Positions 38,911 through 48,262 of a stretch of DNA of 64,000 nucleotides are shown piece after piece. Position numbers and translations under genes: made by a program. The DNA comes from an uncultured Gemmatimonadales bacterium. Its GTDB lineage: Bacteria > Gemmatimonadota > Gemmatimonadetes > Gemmatimonadales > GWC2-71-9. The notes beneath the pieces are model-generated. The model was given only the letters and a program-made list of their open reading frames with translations, searched no databases and was not told the DNA's origin. The stretch is from assembly GCA_963825055.1 (NCBI GenBank), contig CAWGSK010000002.1, positions 96,001 through 160,000 of the forward strand, read 5' to 3'. Each line of letters opens with the position of its first letter. The first letter of the stretch is position 1.

Positions 38911-39557
38911 ACGACCGACCGGCGGTCGTCTGTCTGCCCAATGGCCAGTTTCTCGAGAACTGCTACCTGGTCGCGGATGAGGAGCGGGGTGAGGCCGTCA
39001 TCGTGGACCCCGGCGAGGAGACGGCCCGCTTTCTGCAAGAACTCGAGCAGCGCCGGTGGAGACTGCAGGCGATCTGGCTCACGCATGCGCATGTGGACCA
39101 CATCGTGGGCGTGGGCGCGGTGCACGGGGCAACCGGCGTCCCGATCCACCTGCACGCCGCCGACCGGTTCCTGTATGATGCCATCGTCCAGCAGGCGGAA
39201 TGGATGGGCCTGAAAGCGGAACCGCTCCCCACACCCGACGCGACCTGGGAGCCCGGGGCCACCGCCACGGTCGGGCGGTTCGGCTATGAGGTGCGCCACA
39301 CGCCGGGGCACAGTCCGGGCAGCGTGAGTCTTGCCGGTTACGGGATGGTACTGGCCGGGGATGCACTGTTCCAGGGGTCCGTCGGGCGGACGGACCTTCC
39401 GGGCGGCGACTTCCCGACGCTGCTCGAGAGCATCCGTCGCGAGCTGCTCTCCCTCCCGGACGACACCATCGTCCACTGCGGGCATGGGCCCGCCACGACC
39501 GTCGGGGAGGAGCGCGCGACCAATCCCTTTCTCACCGGCGCCGTCCGTGGCCTCTGA
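38907..39557 (+). CDS. MBL-fold metallo-hydrolase (GloC/YcbL-like)
   Basis: THAHVDH, TPGHSPG, GDALF...GRTD and GHG. Confidence 0.9.
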   Translation: MNDRPAVVCLPNGQFLENCYLVADEERGEAVIVDPGEETARFLQELEQRRWRLQAIWLTHAHVDHIVGVGAVHGATGVPIHLHAADRFLYDAIVQQAEWMGLKAEPLPTPDATWEPGATATVGRFGYEVRHTPGHSPGSVSLAGYGMVLAGDALFQGSVGRTDLPGGDFPTLLESIRRELLSLPDDTIVHCGHGPATTVGEERATNPFLTGAVRGL

Positions 39558-39711
39558 CACTGCCCCGCGCATTCCGCCCCTGGCTGTCCAGGGCGGCGAG
39601 GAGCTTCGCTGCAACCGTTGCGGCTTCCCCGTCCACTCCCGGCCCTGGGGGTGCAGGAATCCCTGCCGGAACTGCGGGACTGTCTACCCCCTCGGTGACT
39701 GCTCCGACTGA
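39547..39711 (+). CDS. Small Cys-rich zinc-finger-like protein (54 aa)
   Basis: CNRCG...C...CRNCG...DCSD pattern; fills the gap between two operonic genes. Confidence 0.55.
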   Translation: MASDTAPRIPPLAVQGGEELRCNRCGFPVHSRPWGCRNPCRNCGTVYPLGDCSD

Positions 39712-40891
39712 CCCCGGGGTGCCGGTCCCGTCGCGCCCCTTCTGCCTGCTCGACATCACCAAATTCTACGGCGAGACGACCGGCGGCATCCGGACATACC
39801 TCCGTGCCAAGGCCCGGTATGTCCAGGACCATCCGGGCCTGCGACAGGTAATCGTCGTGCCAGGCGTGCGGTCGGAGGTCGAGGATGACGGGAATGTGCG
39901 CTGGTATCACGTGCGCGGGCCCCGAATCCCCACGCAGCATCCCTACCGCTTCCTGCTCGACCGCCGCGCCCTGGCCGGCATCATCGCCCGTGAGCGGCCG
40001 GACATTATCGAAGTGGGCAGCCCCTATCTGGTGCCGTGGATGGTCCGGGGCCCCGCCCGGCGCATCGGCATCCCACTCGCGTGGTTTTTCCATACAAACT
40101 TTCCGCGGATCATCGCCCCGCGGCCCGATACCATGCATGGAGCCCGCCCGCTGCTGGCACGGGCAGCCTGGCGGTACGTGGCGGCTCTCGGCCGCAGGGT
40201 TGACGCGGTCCTGGCGGCCTCGGATGCCACCGCCCGGGACCTCGAAGCGGCAGGTGTACCCCGGGTACATCGGGTGTCGCTCGGGGTCGACCTCGACCAT
40301 TTCCACCCGCGCCGTCGTGGCTCCCGGGATGCGACACGGCGGGAGGCCGGGTTGCCGGAGGGCCCGGTCGTGATGTTTGCCGGTCGACTGGCCAGGGAGA
40401 AGGACCTCGACCTCGTACTGGCCGGCTGGCCCCGGGTGCATTCCGCTACCGGGGCCACGCTGGCGCTCGTCGGTGATGGCCCGTCACGCCGTCGCATGCT
40501 CAGGGACGCCGGGCCGGGCGTGGCCTGGATACCCTACCAGCGCGATCGCGAGCGGCTGGCGAACCTGATTGCGTCCGCCGACTGCTGCCTTGCCCCCGGA
40601 CCGGCGGAGACATTCGGCCTGGCCGCGCTGGAAGCGCTGGCAAGCGGCGTGCCCGTCATCTCCGCCAACCTGGGCGGAGTCCCGGACCTCGTCCGGGCCT
40701 CAGGTGCAGGGAAAGTTGTGCCGATGGAGGATGCGGAGGCGCTCGCCCGCGCGATCAACGAGGTCCTGGCGGCGCCCGCCGGATCGCTGGCCGCGCGCGC
40801 GCGCCAGTGGGCGGAGCTTCATCACGGATGGGACACGGTGATGGACGGGATCTTCGAGACGTACCGCACTCTCGCCGCCACCCCCCCATGA
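39695..40891 (+). CDS. Glycosyltransferase family 4
   Basis: GGIRTY, GVDLDHF, GRLAREK, VGDGP and ETFGLAALEALASG. Confidence 0.9.
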   Translation: MTAPTDPGVPVPSRPFCLLDITKFYGETTGGIRTYLRAKARYVQDHPGLRQVIVVPGVRSEVEDDGNVRWYHVRGPRIPTQHPYRFLLDRRALAGIIARERPDIIEVGSPYLVPWMVRGPARRIGIPLAWFFHTNFPRIIAPRPDTMHGARPLLARAAWRYVAALGRRVDAVLAASDATARDLEAAGVPRVHRVSLGVDLDHFHPRRRGSRDATRREAGLPEGPVVMFAGRLAREKDLDLVLAGWPRVHSATGATLALVGDGPSRRRMLRDAGPGVAWIPYQRDRERLANLIASADCCLAPGPAETFGLAALEALASGVPVISANLGGVPDLVRASGAGKVVPMEDAEALARAINEVLAAPAGSLAARARQWAELHHGWDTVMDGIFETYRTLAATPP

Positions 40892-41763
40892 CGGTCCTCG
40901 GAGCCCATCTTGCCTGCGTGGTGCTGGTCGCGGCAGACGTGATCGCCCGTTCCTGGCGCATCCAGCTGCTGGCCCGCGGACTTGGCTACCCGATGCGCTT
41001 TCGCGATGCGGCAGGGGTCAACCTGGTGGGGGATGCGGCGTGCGCCCTGACCCCGCTCCGGATCGGCGGGGAGCCCACCCGTCTCGCGCTGATGCTTCGG
41101 GCCGGCCTGCCCGCAACTGCCGCCTTCGTGGCCATCACATACGAGGTGCTCGCGGCGTGGCCGGTCATCATTGGCATCGCCGCGGTGCTCGCATGGCAGC
41201 ACCTGCCCGCCTGGTGGGCGGCGGTGGGAGGCCGCCTGGTGCGGGCCGCCACCGAGGGCTGGCCCCTCGTCCTGTGCGTGCTGATCCTGACCGTGCTGGC
41301 ATGGGTCTGGGTTCGTCGTGTCGCGCCGGGAGCCGCGCACCACCTGCGCCGGCCATGGCGCCGGGCCCTGGTGCACTGGCGGCGCATGCCGGCGTGGCCC
41401 CTGCTGCTGAGCGCGCCGCTCACGGCCGTCAACGTGGTGTCGCGGGTGGCGATCCTGCCGATCCTCGCCTCCACCCTGCCTACGCCGGTCCCGCCGGGCA
41501 CGCTCCTGGTGGGCTCGTTCACGCTGCTCTACAGCCAGCTGTTCCTGCCCACCCCGGCGGGACTCGGCGTCGTGGACCTGGGCTTCCTCGCGGGCGCGGC
41601 GGGAGACCTGGGGGGCGCGGAACCGCGCCTGCTGCTCTGGTGGCGGTTCTATACGAGCGGCGCCGGGGCGGTGGCCGGCGTGTGGATCGGGATACGGCTC
41701 TTCGGATGGCAGGCGCTCCGGGCGCTCATCCCCGGCCGCGCCAGGGCAGGAGAATCAGCGTGA
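40888..41763 (+). CDS. Flippase-like membrane protein (lysylphosphatidylglycerol synthase TM / UPF0104 family)
   Basis: TPLRIGGEP, PTPAGLG and WWRFYT motifs; multiple TM segments. Confidence 0.8.
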   Translation: MTVLGAHLACVVLVAADVIARSWRIQLLARGLGYPMRFRDAAGVNLVGDAACALTPLRIGGEPTRLALMLRAGLPATAAFVAITYEVLAAWPVIIGIAAVLAWQHLPAWWAAVGGRLVRAATEGWPLVLCVLILTVLAWVWVRRVAPGAAHHLRRPWRRALVHWRRMPAWPLLLSAPLTAVNVVSRVAILPILASTLPTPVPPGTLLVGSFTLLYSQLFLPTPAGLGVVDLGFLAGAAGDLGGAEPRLLLWWRFYTSGAGAVAGVWIGIRLFGWQALRALIPGRARAGESA

Positions 41764-42093
41764 TCCGCCCATGACAATCACCATGACCGTCCGCTCCAGC
41801 GCGCGCTCGACACCGTGGGGCACGCCGGCCGGCGCCCAGACCACCTCGCCCGGTCCAGCCTCGATACGCTCATCTCCCACCCGCAGCACCGCTCGCCCCT
41901 CCAGGACGAGATACGCCTTGTCCGCCCCGTCGTGCGCGTGCACCCGCTGCGCCTGGCCCGGCTCGAAGGCGTTCACCCCGACGAACAGGTGATCGCCTGC
42001 GAAAAGGTCCGCCTTCACCCCCTTGTCCGTCCGCTCCGTCGCCTCAACCGCGCGGCGGGCCTCGCCCGTGACCGACTTGCAATACTCCGGCAT
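41755..42093 (-). CDS. Cupin domain protein
   Basis: PGQ...HAH...YLVLEG and PAGVPHGV cupin motifs. Confidence 0.85.
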   Translation of the reverse strand: MPEYCKSVTGEARRAVEATERTDKGVKADLFAGDHLFVGVNAFEPGQAQRVHAHDGADKAYLVLEGRAVLRVGDERIEAGPGEVVWAPAGVPHGVERALERTVMVIVMGGSR

Positions 42094-42159
42094 CGCATTT
42101 CCCTTCCGTCCCGTGGGCCGGCCGGGTGGCCGGCCGATCATCCCCAACCTCTGACTGCC

Positions 42160-43569
42160 ATGAACACACGCACTGAAAAAGATCCCCTCGGCGAGAAGCA
42201 GGTTCCCGCTGACGCCCTCTACGGTATCCAGACGCTGCGCGCCCGGGAGAACTTCCCGATCTCCGGGCTCCGCCCGCTTCCCGCCTTTGTGGATGCGATG
42301 GTCTGGATCAAGCGTTCGGCGGCACTCACGCACAGGAAGACGGGGCGCCTCGAGGCCCGGCTGGCCGATGCCATTGTCCAGGCGGCCGACGAGGTGCTGG
42401 AGGGCGGGCATCGCGATCAGTTCGTGGTCGACCCGTACCAGGCGGGGGCGGGCACGAGTCACAACATGAACGTTAATGAGGTCCTCGCGAACCGGGCCAA
42501 CGAGATCCTCGGGGCCGGGCGCGGGGTGTACAAGCCGGTGCACCCGAACGACCACGTCAACATGGCACAGAGTACGAACGACACGATCCCGACCGCGATG
42601 CGGCTGGCTACGCTGGCGACCCTGCCGGCACTGCTCGAGGCGATCGACGGCCTCGGGAAGGCCTTTATCGACCGGGGCCGCGCCTTCGACCACATCGTGA
42701 AATCGGGCCGCACGCACCTCCAGGACGCCACCCCGATTCGGCTGGGACAGGAGTTCACGGCCTACGGACACACCGTCGCCCGCCACCGGCAGAAACTGGC
42801 CGAGGCCGCCGACTGGCTCCGTGCGCTCAACATCGGGGGGTCCGCGGTCGGCACGGGACTCAACGTGGAGCCGGCCTACCCCGCGCTCATGGTGGAACAC
42901 CTGCGCGAGATCACGGGGCTCGATGTGCGCGAGGGCGAGGACCGTGTCCAGCTGATGCAGTCGATGGGAGACATCGCCTCGTTCAGCGGCGCCCTGCGCG
43001 CGTATGTCCTGGACCTGAACAAGATCGCGAACGACATCCGGTTGCTGGCGAGCGGCCCGCGCACCGGCCTGGCCGAAATCGTCCTGCCGGAAGTGCAGCC
43101 GGGCTCGAGCATCATGCCCGGGAAGGTGAACCCGAGCATCGCGGAGATGGTGAACCAGGTCTGCTACCAGGCACTCGGGCTGGACGTGACCGTCGCCCTG
43201 GCCGCCGAGGCCGGCCAGCTCGAGCTGAACGTGATGATGCCTGTAATCACCCACAACATCGTCTTCGCGGTAATGATCGTGGGTAACGCCACGCGGGTCT
43301 TCGACGAGCGCTGTGTGCGCGGCATCGAGGCCGACGAGAAACAGTGCGCGCACTGGCTGGAACGCAGCCCCGCCCTCGTCACCGCCCTGGCCCCGAAGAT
43401 CGGTTACGCGGAGGCGGCCCGCCTCGCCAAGGAAGCACTCAAGACGGGGCTCACCGTCCGGGAACTGGTAGTGCAGAAGAAGGTCCTGGAAGGACCGGAG
43501 CTGGACAGGATTCTGGACCTCCGCGCAATGACCGAGCCGGGGGTGCCGGGGGGTGGGGAAAAGCGTTGA
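42160..43569 (+). CDS. aspA: Aspartate ammonia-lyase / class II fumarase family
   Basis: YGIQTLRA, GAGTSHNMN, HPNDHVN, GRTHLQDA and GSSIMPGKVNP signature. Confidence 0.85.
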   Translation: MNTRTEKDPLGEKQVPADALYGIQTLRARENFPISGLRPLPAFVDAMVWIKRSAALTHRKTGRLEARLADAIVQAADEVLEGGHRDQFVVDPYQAGAGTSHNMNVNEVLANRANEILGAGRGVYKPVHPNDHVNMAQSTNDTIPTAMRLATLATLPALLEAIDGLGKAFIDRGRAFDHIVKSGRTHLQDATPIRLGQEFTAYGHTVARHRQKLAEAADWLRALNIGGSAVGTGLNVEPAYPALMVEHLREITGLDVREGEDRVQLMQSMGDIASFSGALRAYVLDLNKIANDIRLLASGPRTGLAEIVLPEVQPGSSIMPGKVNPSIAEMVNQVCYQALGLDVTVALAAEAGQLELNVMMPVITHNIVFAVMIVGNATRVFDERCVRGIEADEKQCAHWLERSPALVTALAPKIGYAEAARLAKEALKTGLTVRELVVQKKVLEGPELDRILDLRAMTEPGVPGGGEKR

Positions 43570-43710
43570 CGAGTTGAGTCGAGTTGAATCGTTGAGTCGT
43601 TGAGTCGTTGAGTCGTTGAGTCGTTGAATCGTTTGAACCGTGATTGTTGCCGGGAACAATACCACTACTCAACGACTTAACCGCTCAACCACTCAACCAC
43701 TCCACCAACG
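43564..43710. repeat. Inverted short-tandem-repeat element (CGTTGAGT)n / (ACTCAAC[G/C])n with a central hairpin
   Basis: Four perfect CGTTGAGT copies (43590-43621) plus variants; ATTGTT-N6-AACAAT centre (43643-43660); five ACTCAACN-like units (43667-43706). Confidence 0.88.
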
Positions 43711-43739
43711 CCCCCCCCGTCGCCATCTATATTTCCCCC

Positions 43740-44873
43740 ATGCCCCTCACCCAGCCCGAACTCCTCCGCTACTCCCGTCACCTGCTCCTGCCCGAGGTCG
43801 GCCTCGCGGGGCAGGAGAAGCTGCGTGCGGGGCGCGTGCTGCTGGTGGGGGCCGGCGGCCTCGGATCGCCGGCCGCGCTCTACCTGGCCGCCGCCGGAGT
43901 GGGGACGATCGGGCTGGTGGACGCGGACCGGGTCGAGGCGTCGAACCTCCAGCGACAGGTGCTGCACGGGACGGGCGACATCGGCCGCCCGAAAGTGGAA
44001 AGCGGCGCGGCGCGCATTGCTGACGTGAATCCTCACGTCCTGGTCCGGCAGCACGGCGAGCGGCTCACGTCGGCCAACGCGCTCGGAGTCCTCAGCGATT
44101 ACGATATCGTCCTGGACGGCAGCGACAATTTCCCCACCCGGTATCTCATCAATGACGCCTGTGTAATGCTGGGCCTGCCCGACGTGTATGGGAGCATTCA
44201 CCGCTTCGAGGGGCAGGTCAGCGTGTTCGACGCGGCACGCGGTCCCTGCTATCGGTGCCTCTTTGCCGAACCGCCCCCACCGGGCCTCGTGCCGGGATGC
44301 GCGGAGGCCGGGGTCCTCGGCGTGCTGCCGGGGATCATCGGAACCCTCCAGGCGCTGGAGGCGATCAAGTTCCTCCTTGGCGCCGGGGACAGCCTCGTGG
44401 GCCGGCTGGTGCTGTTCGACGCGCTCCGGTTCTCCTTCCGGGAGCTGCAGCTCCGGAAGGACCCGGACTGCCCGGTATGCGGAACACGCCCGACAGTGAC
44501 GTCGCTCATCGATTACGAGGCGTTCTGCGGCCTGCACGAAGACGGCGGAGTCGCCGACATCGAAATCACCCCGGCGGAACTGGCCGCGCTCGGCAACGCG
44601 CAGGACGGCCCGCAGGTCGTGGACGTACGCGAACCGGGCGAGTACGCGCTGGTGCGGCTTCCCGGCTCGGTTCTCATTCCCCTGGGAGAACTCGCGGCCC
44701 GACTCGGTGAACTGGATTCCACCCGGCCTGTCGTCGCGCTGTGCCACCACGGCGCCCGTTCGCGGACGGCCGTGGAACTCCTGCGCGCGGCGGGATTCTC
44801 CGATGTACGGAACCTGCAGGGCGGGATCGATGCCTGGGCCCGGGAGGTCGAGCCGGGGATGACGAGATATTGA
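43740..44873 (+). CDS. moeB: MoeB/MoeZ sulfur-carrier adenylyltransferase with a C-terminal rhodanese domain
   Basis: RYSRH, GAGGLG, SNLQRQ, CYRC, CPVC and rhodanese CHHGARS. Confidence 0.93.
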   Translation: MPLTQPELLRYSRHLLLPEVGLAGQEKLRAGRVLLVGAGGLGSPAALYLAAAGVGTIGLVDADRVEASNLQRQVLHGTGDIGRPKVESGAARIADVNPHVLVRQHGERLTSANALGVLSDYDIVLDGSDNFPTRYLINDACVMLGLPDVYGSIHRFEGQVSVFDAARGPCYRCLFAEPPPPGLVPGCAEAGVLGVLPGIIGTLQALEAIKFLLGAGDSLVGRLVLFDALRFSFRELQLRKDPDCPVCGTRPTVTSLIDYEAFCGLHEDGGVADIEITPAELAALGNAQDGPQVVDVREPGEYALVRLPGSVLIPLGELAARLGELDSTRPVVALCHHGARSRTAVELLRAAGFSDVRNLQGGIDAWAREVEPGMTRY

Positions 44874-44948
44874 AGTCGAGAGGTCAGGAGGGCAGGAGCG
44901 AGGGTTGAGAGGTGGAGCACTCCAGCGTCGGAGGACCAGTGCCGGTGC

Positions 44949-44978
44949 TTGACGGCGGACGTCCGAATCATCTACCTT
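44949..44978 (+). promoter_or_regulatory. sigma70 promoter of tRNA-Leu
   Basis: TTGACG-N18-TACCTT followed by a GC-rich discriminator. Confidence 0.55.
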
Positions 44979-44989
44979 GCCCGCCGCTC

Positions 44990-45075
<86 letters not shown>

Positions 45076-45085
45076 GGACGGTCAT

Positions 45086-45165
45086 GAAGTCGGGAGGTCG
45101 GGAGGTCCTTCAGGATCTTCCGACCTTTTGCTTGCGCCCGCCTCCCGACATCCAGCCCTCCCGAC
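45086..45165. repeat. Inverted short-tandem-repeat element (GTCGGGAG)n / (CTCCCGAC)n
   Basis: GTCGGGAG x2 (45089-45104) facing CCTCCCGAC at 45141 and 45157; degenerate copies of the left unit also at about 44874-44912. Confidence 0.65.
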
Positions 45166-45175
45166 GCCCGCCGCG

Positions 45176-45204
45176 TTGACCCTGCCGAACTGCAATCCTA
45201 TCTT
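45176..45204 (+). promoter_or_regulatory. sigma70 promoter of smpB
   Basis: TTGACC-N17-TATCTT. Confidence 0.65.
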
Positions 45205-45221
45205 GACGTTACGAGATCCTG

Positions 45222-45701
45222 ATGTCGACACGCGCGGCCGAGCCCGGGGAGGGCAAGCATTCGATTGCCCGCAACCCGAGGGCAACGCACGACTACCACG
45301 TCCTCGAGACCTGGGAGGCGGGCATCGTGCTGACCGGTACCGAGGTCAAGTCGCTGCGTAACGGGAAGGCGTCCATCAAGGAGGCCTTTGCGCGTCTCCG
45401 CAATGGGGAAGTCTTCCTCGAGGGCATGAACATCACCCCCTACGAACAGGGGAACCGCCACAATCACCCCCCGGTGCGTTCCCGCAAGCTCCTCCTGCAC
45501 CGCCGGGAGATCGAGCGGCTCATCGGGGCGGTGGAACAGAAGGGCCTGACACTGGTGCCGCTGGAACTGTATTTCCGGAACGGGAAGGCCAAGATCGTCA
45601 TCGCGCTGGGCCGCGGGAAAAAACAGCACGACCGCCGCGAGGACATCAAGCGCCGCATCGCCGACCGCGAGGTCGCCCGGGCCATCAAGAGGCGCCGATG
45701 A
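45222..45701 (+). CDS. smpB: SsrA-binding protein
   Basis: EAGIVLTGTEVKSLR, RKLLLH and GKKQHDRRE. Confidence 0.96.
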   Translation: MSTRAAEPGEGKHSIARNPRATHDYHVLETWEAGIVLTGTEVKSLRNGKASIKEAFARLRNGEVFLEGMNITPYEQGNRHNHPPVRSRKLLLHRREIERLIGAVEQKGLTLVPLELYFRNGKAKIVIALGRGKKQHDRREDIKRRIADREVARAIKRRR

Positions 45702-46897
45702 TCGCGCTCCTGGCCGCCGTCTCGCTGGTCGCCGGGCCTCCCAATGGCGTTCCCGACGCTCTCACCATCACCACCACCCGCGGCGAGGTCCGGGTCGAGG
45801 TTCGTACCGACGGGACAGGCGCGCCCGTGCTGCCCGCCCGCCGGTTCGCCCGCGCGATGGGCGCCGAGGTCGAGCTTGATAACGGCTGGCTGGTGTTCAC
45901 CATTGCCCGGCAGCCGTTCCGGTTCCTCCTCGGCGCGCCGGTCTACACCTCGCAGCGCATCCTGCACCCCCTGGCCGGCAGCGCGGTCATCTTCCAGGAC
46001 ACGCTGTACCTCCCCTACCAGTTCGCCGCCGAAGTCCTGCCCCGGGTGTTCTCGGAGCGGTACCGCTACGACGCGGCCGCGGGACGGCTGCTCGAGGCCG
46101 GGGCCATCGTGATGCGGTCGACGGCGCCCGAACCGCAGCGGCTCCCCAACGGACTCCTGCCGGGCCACCTCGTGACCATCGACCCCGGTCATGGCGGGGT
46201 GGACCCCGGGAACCCGGGGCTGTTCTTCCCGCGCGGTGTCCACGAGAAGGACGTCGTGCTGCAGATCGGGCTCCTCCTGCGGAAGGAACTGCAGGAGCGC
46301 GGCATCAAGGTCCGGATGACCAGGAGCACCGACACGCTGATCGCCCTCGGCGAGCGCGGCGGATACTGCACCGAGACCTGCGACCTGTTCGTCAGCCTGC
46401 ACGTGAACTCGCTCGAGAAGCGACGCGGCTACACCGACGTGCGCGGGTTCGAAACGTATTTGCTGGCGGAGGCGAAGACTGAAGACGCCCGGCGTGTGGC
46501 CCGGATGGAGAACGATGCCGTGCGCTTCGAGGGCGGTCCGTCGCCGGGGGAGGGGCTCTCGGCGCTCGACTTCATCCTCAAGGATCTCCAGCTGAACGAG
46601 CACCTGCGCGAGTCCGCCCGCCTCGCCGAACTCATGCAGTCCCGGCTCGACCCGGTGCACACCGGGGACAATCGCGGCGTGAAGCAGGCCGGGTTCATGG
46701 TCCTGACCACGGCCCGCCGTCCCGCGGTCCTGGTGGAACTCGGGTACAGCACCAACCGCGGCGACAGCCGCATCCTCACCGAGCCGTCGAGCCAGCGCGC
46801 GCTCGCCGCCGCCATTGCTGATGCGGTCGTGGACTACCTGCGAGAATACGAGCGCAAGACGACGCCCGCGCCCCTCACCGTGGGCGGACGGCCATGA
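45698..46897 (+). CDS. N-acetylmuramoyl-L-alanine amidase (Amidase_3)
   Basis: IDPGHGGVDPG, EKD, FVSLHVN, GFETY and PAVLVELGY. Confidence 0.92.
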   Translation: MIALLAAVSLVAGPPNGVPDALTITTTRGEVRVEVRTDGTGAPVLPARRFARAMGAEVELDNGWLVFTIARQPFRFLLGAPVYTSQRILHPLAGSAVIFQDTLYLPYQFAAEVLPRVFSERYRYDAAAGRLLEAGAIVMRSTAPEPQRLPNGLLPGHLVTIDPGHGGVDPGNPGLFFPRGVHEKDVVLQIGLLLRKELQERGIKVRMTRSTDTLIALGERGGYCTETCDLFVSLHVNSLEKRRGYTDVRGFETYLLAEAKTEDARRVARMENDAVRFEGGPSPGEGLSALDFILKDLQLNEHLRESARLAELMQSRLDPVHTGDNRGVKQAGFMVLTTARRPAVLVELGYSTNRGDSRILTEPSSQRALAAAIADAVVDYLREYERKTTPAPLTVGGRP

Positions 46898-48262
46898 GGC
46901 GGCTTGCCCTGGCGGCGCTCGTGCTGGTTGGCGGGTGCGTGTACTACAACGGCATGTACCGCGCCGTGCACCTGGCGGACGACGCGGAAAAGGCGGAACG
47001 TGAAGGCCGGACGATTCAGGCCCAGAATCTGTGGGGCCAGGTCGGGGTGAAGGCCGATACGGTGCTCGCCCGCCACCCGGACAGCAAATGGGCGGACGAC
47101 GCCCTGTACCTGAGCGCAAGGAGCCGGGAGCGGCTCGGCGACTGCACCAGCGCGGTGGATGCCCTCCAGCGCCTGCTTGCCATTTCCCCCGACCCGGATC
47201 TGCGCGAGCGCGCGACATTCCTGCTCGGTACCTGCTGGCAGCAGCTGGGGAATACGCGCCAGGCCTCGGAGGCGTTTGCCCAGCTGGTCAATTCCGCCGA
47301 TTCCGCCCAGCGGAACGAGGCGCTTTTCCAGCACGGGCGCTCGCTCCGGCTCGGCGGGCGCTATGCCGAGGCCCTGGAAATGCTGGCGCGAACGAGCCAC
47401 CCGGAAGCAGTGGGTGAGCGGGCTGCTGCGCTCGCCGGCCTGGGCCGGCTGGAGGAATCGCGGGCGACGACGGATTCGCTGATCGAGGACGTCGCGGTTG
47501 CCGCCCCATGGGACAGCATCATCGCCCTGGGAGGCCGGCACGACCCCGAGTGGTCAACTGCGCTGGTCGACCGCCTGATCGCGATGCCCGGCGTGACGCC
47601 GGAGCAGAAGTCCCGCTGGCTGGTGGAAAACGGCCGGCTCCTCTCCGACCAGGACATGTCGCAAATCCCTGCAACGCCTGGCGATGGCGGATTCCGTCGG
47701 GCAGGGGACCGAGGCGGGGCAGCAGGCGCGGCTGGCCACCCTGCACATCCGGCTCGAGCACACCACCGACTCCGCCGGCCTCGCCACGCTCCTCAGGGAC
47801 TATGGCGCGCTCGGCCAGGTGGGCGGGGCGGTGGGCGGCGACGCGCAGCGGACCGCCATGACGTTGTATGGAGTAACCGGTGTGCTCGATTCGGTGACGC
47901 CGGAGACGCGCGAGGGGGACATGCAACTGTTCATCGCGGCCGAAGCCGCGCGAGACACGCTGCGGGCTCCCCGGCTTGCCGAGGTCGCCTTCCGGCGGAT
48001 CCTCCAGGACTTTGACGATTCTCCCTACGCGCCGAAAGCCCTGCTCGCCCTCACGGCGCTCGGGGCCGTTCCCGCCGATTCCACGGCGAGTGCGCTCTCC
48101 CTCAACTGGCCGGGCAGCCCCTACCTTGCGCTGCTGGAAGGGGAACCGGCACCGGCATACACCCAACTCGAGGACTCGCTCAAGCGGTTCAGTGTGCGGT
48201 TCCGCGCCGAGGTGCGCCGGGCTAACGTCGGCAAGCCACTCCCGGGCCGGGAAGTCCATTGA
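46894..48262 (+). CDS. TPR-containing lipoprotein, with a +1 frameshift at about 47664
   Basis: LVGGC lipobox, YYNGMY, HPDSKWADDAL and helical repeats continuing in the next frame (DSPYAPKALLAL); an extra A in CAAA restores SQSLQRLAMADS. Confidence 0.75.

Noticed and set aside
43564..43710. Possible CRISPR array
   Set aside because: Units are 8-nt tandem copies without unique spacers, and no cas genes are present
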